NCBI GenBank assembly: GCA_044892525.1
Contig: CM097885.1
Location: 10,480,001-10,544,000 of the forward strand
Origin: Schmidtea polychroa
Taxonomy: Eukaryota
Reading direction: 5' to 3'
DNA length: 64,000 nucleotides
This document shows positions 62,888 to 64,000 of the stretch, in pieces (the stretch's first letter is position 1; the number at the start of each line of letters is the position of its first letter). Made by a program: the position numbers and the translations under genes. The notes beneath the pieces are model-generated. The model was not told the DNA's origin, ran no database searches, and saw nothing but the letters and a program-made list of their open reading frames with translations.

Positions 62888-64000
62888 CGTTTCTTTAATG
62901 TTTTGTTTAATGGGCGATAAAAACTAAATGTAACAGTTATAAGAAGTGATTACATAAAAAATTTTATTTTTAAGTTTTGTTTTGTTTTTTTGTACTGATA
63001 TATCAAGTGGGCCGCAAGTTTGACATATCTGATCTAGTATAATTTTTCTTTCTTTCCATTTCTTTTGAAAATATAAATTATGGATAGGAAAACATTCAAG
63101 TCTCATGGGGAAATTTTGACTAGATTAATCCTTATGGTCTACCAGAGAAATTATTTTAAATATTAAAAGAGTGCTTTCAACTGTAATATATTTATTTTAT
63201 TTAAAAACAAAAAAGAAAGTAAAAATATATAAATGTAAATTTTTCCCGTGATATAAATTGTTATTTGCGGGTGACTTCCAATAGTTACACGGTCGAAGTC
63301 TTTGACATCCGTGCTAAAGATCAATATTTTTATGACGTCTAACAAGTATGGATATTTCATCTGGAAAACCGCTTTTCATCAAAATATATCCGTTTGAATA
63401 CAGCAAAATATAAATTGCATTTGAAATTACCACAAAAATTGCTTTAAAATTTATTAAATTTTTTTTATCTATTTTATTATATTAATAATTTAATAAGCTT
63501 TCAAATTAATAAAAAATTAAAATTTCAGAGAAAGGAATATTTTATTTTTACATTTATTTTCAATTTTCTTCTTAATGTTCTTTTATTGTGGTATTTCAAA
63601 CGATAAATAAATCTTTCTAATCTGTATGGTCATATAATATATAAAAGATTAATCAGTATTCTGAATACAAAACATTGATATTTAAAGATCCAAATTACAT
63701 TGAAATAACTGTCGATATTTACATTATTTTGAAACACACACCATCAACCAATCAGAATCATGCATTATATATCATTTTTGCTGCAAAATTTGTTTTCATC
63801 AATTACTGATATTGCTAATAAGTTCATTAACCAAATCATGATTGTCTAATGATTAGCTATTTTAGCTACTAAGTTTAGCTATTTTATCATGTTGCTGCTT
63901 GAAAGATTACACTGGATATAGACAATTGATATTATTTCAAATTTCATATGGAATTATGTGTTCCAATACCTTCAGTAATTTTAATTCATTGGATTTTCTA

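Overview
Very AT-rich, microsatellite-rich eukaryotic DNA. The host is probably an invertebrate: 40-47 nt introns and a DEG/ENaC exon would fit a flatworm, but this is inference. Positions 1-~15206 hold most of an apparently intact Polinton/Maverick (adintovirus-like endogenous virus). It encodes a packaging ATPase, retroviral-like integrase, two tandem penton paralogs, a major capsid protein, an adenain protease, a protein-primed PolB, several core proteins and a TATA-binding-protein-like gene. Several genes are split by short GT-AG introns missed by the ORF track, including a hidden 130-aa gene and a probable repeat-encoded first exon of PolB. The host flank contains decayed hAT, piggyBac, mariner and Penelope pieces and the first coding exon of a DEG/ENaC channel. 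Two giant, nearly non-coding palindromic (fold-back) elements lie at 24274-38916 and 50344-62887. Each has AGTAGT...ACTACT termini and a perfect 6-bp TSD, the Maverick integration signature, and arms of 5.5-7.1 kb that are homogenised within each copy. The arms carry TCAAGGTCA and TGACTCA arrays and a conserved foldable island. They look like a family of non-autonomous snap-back Mavericks. The second copy is nested in a small hAT element with an 8-bp TSD.
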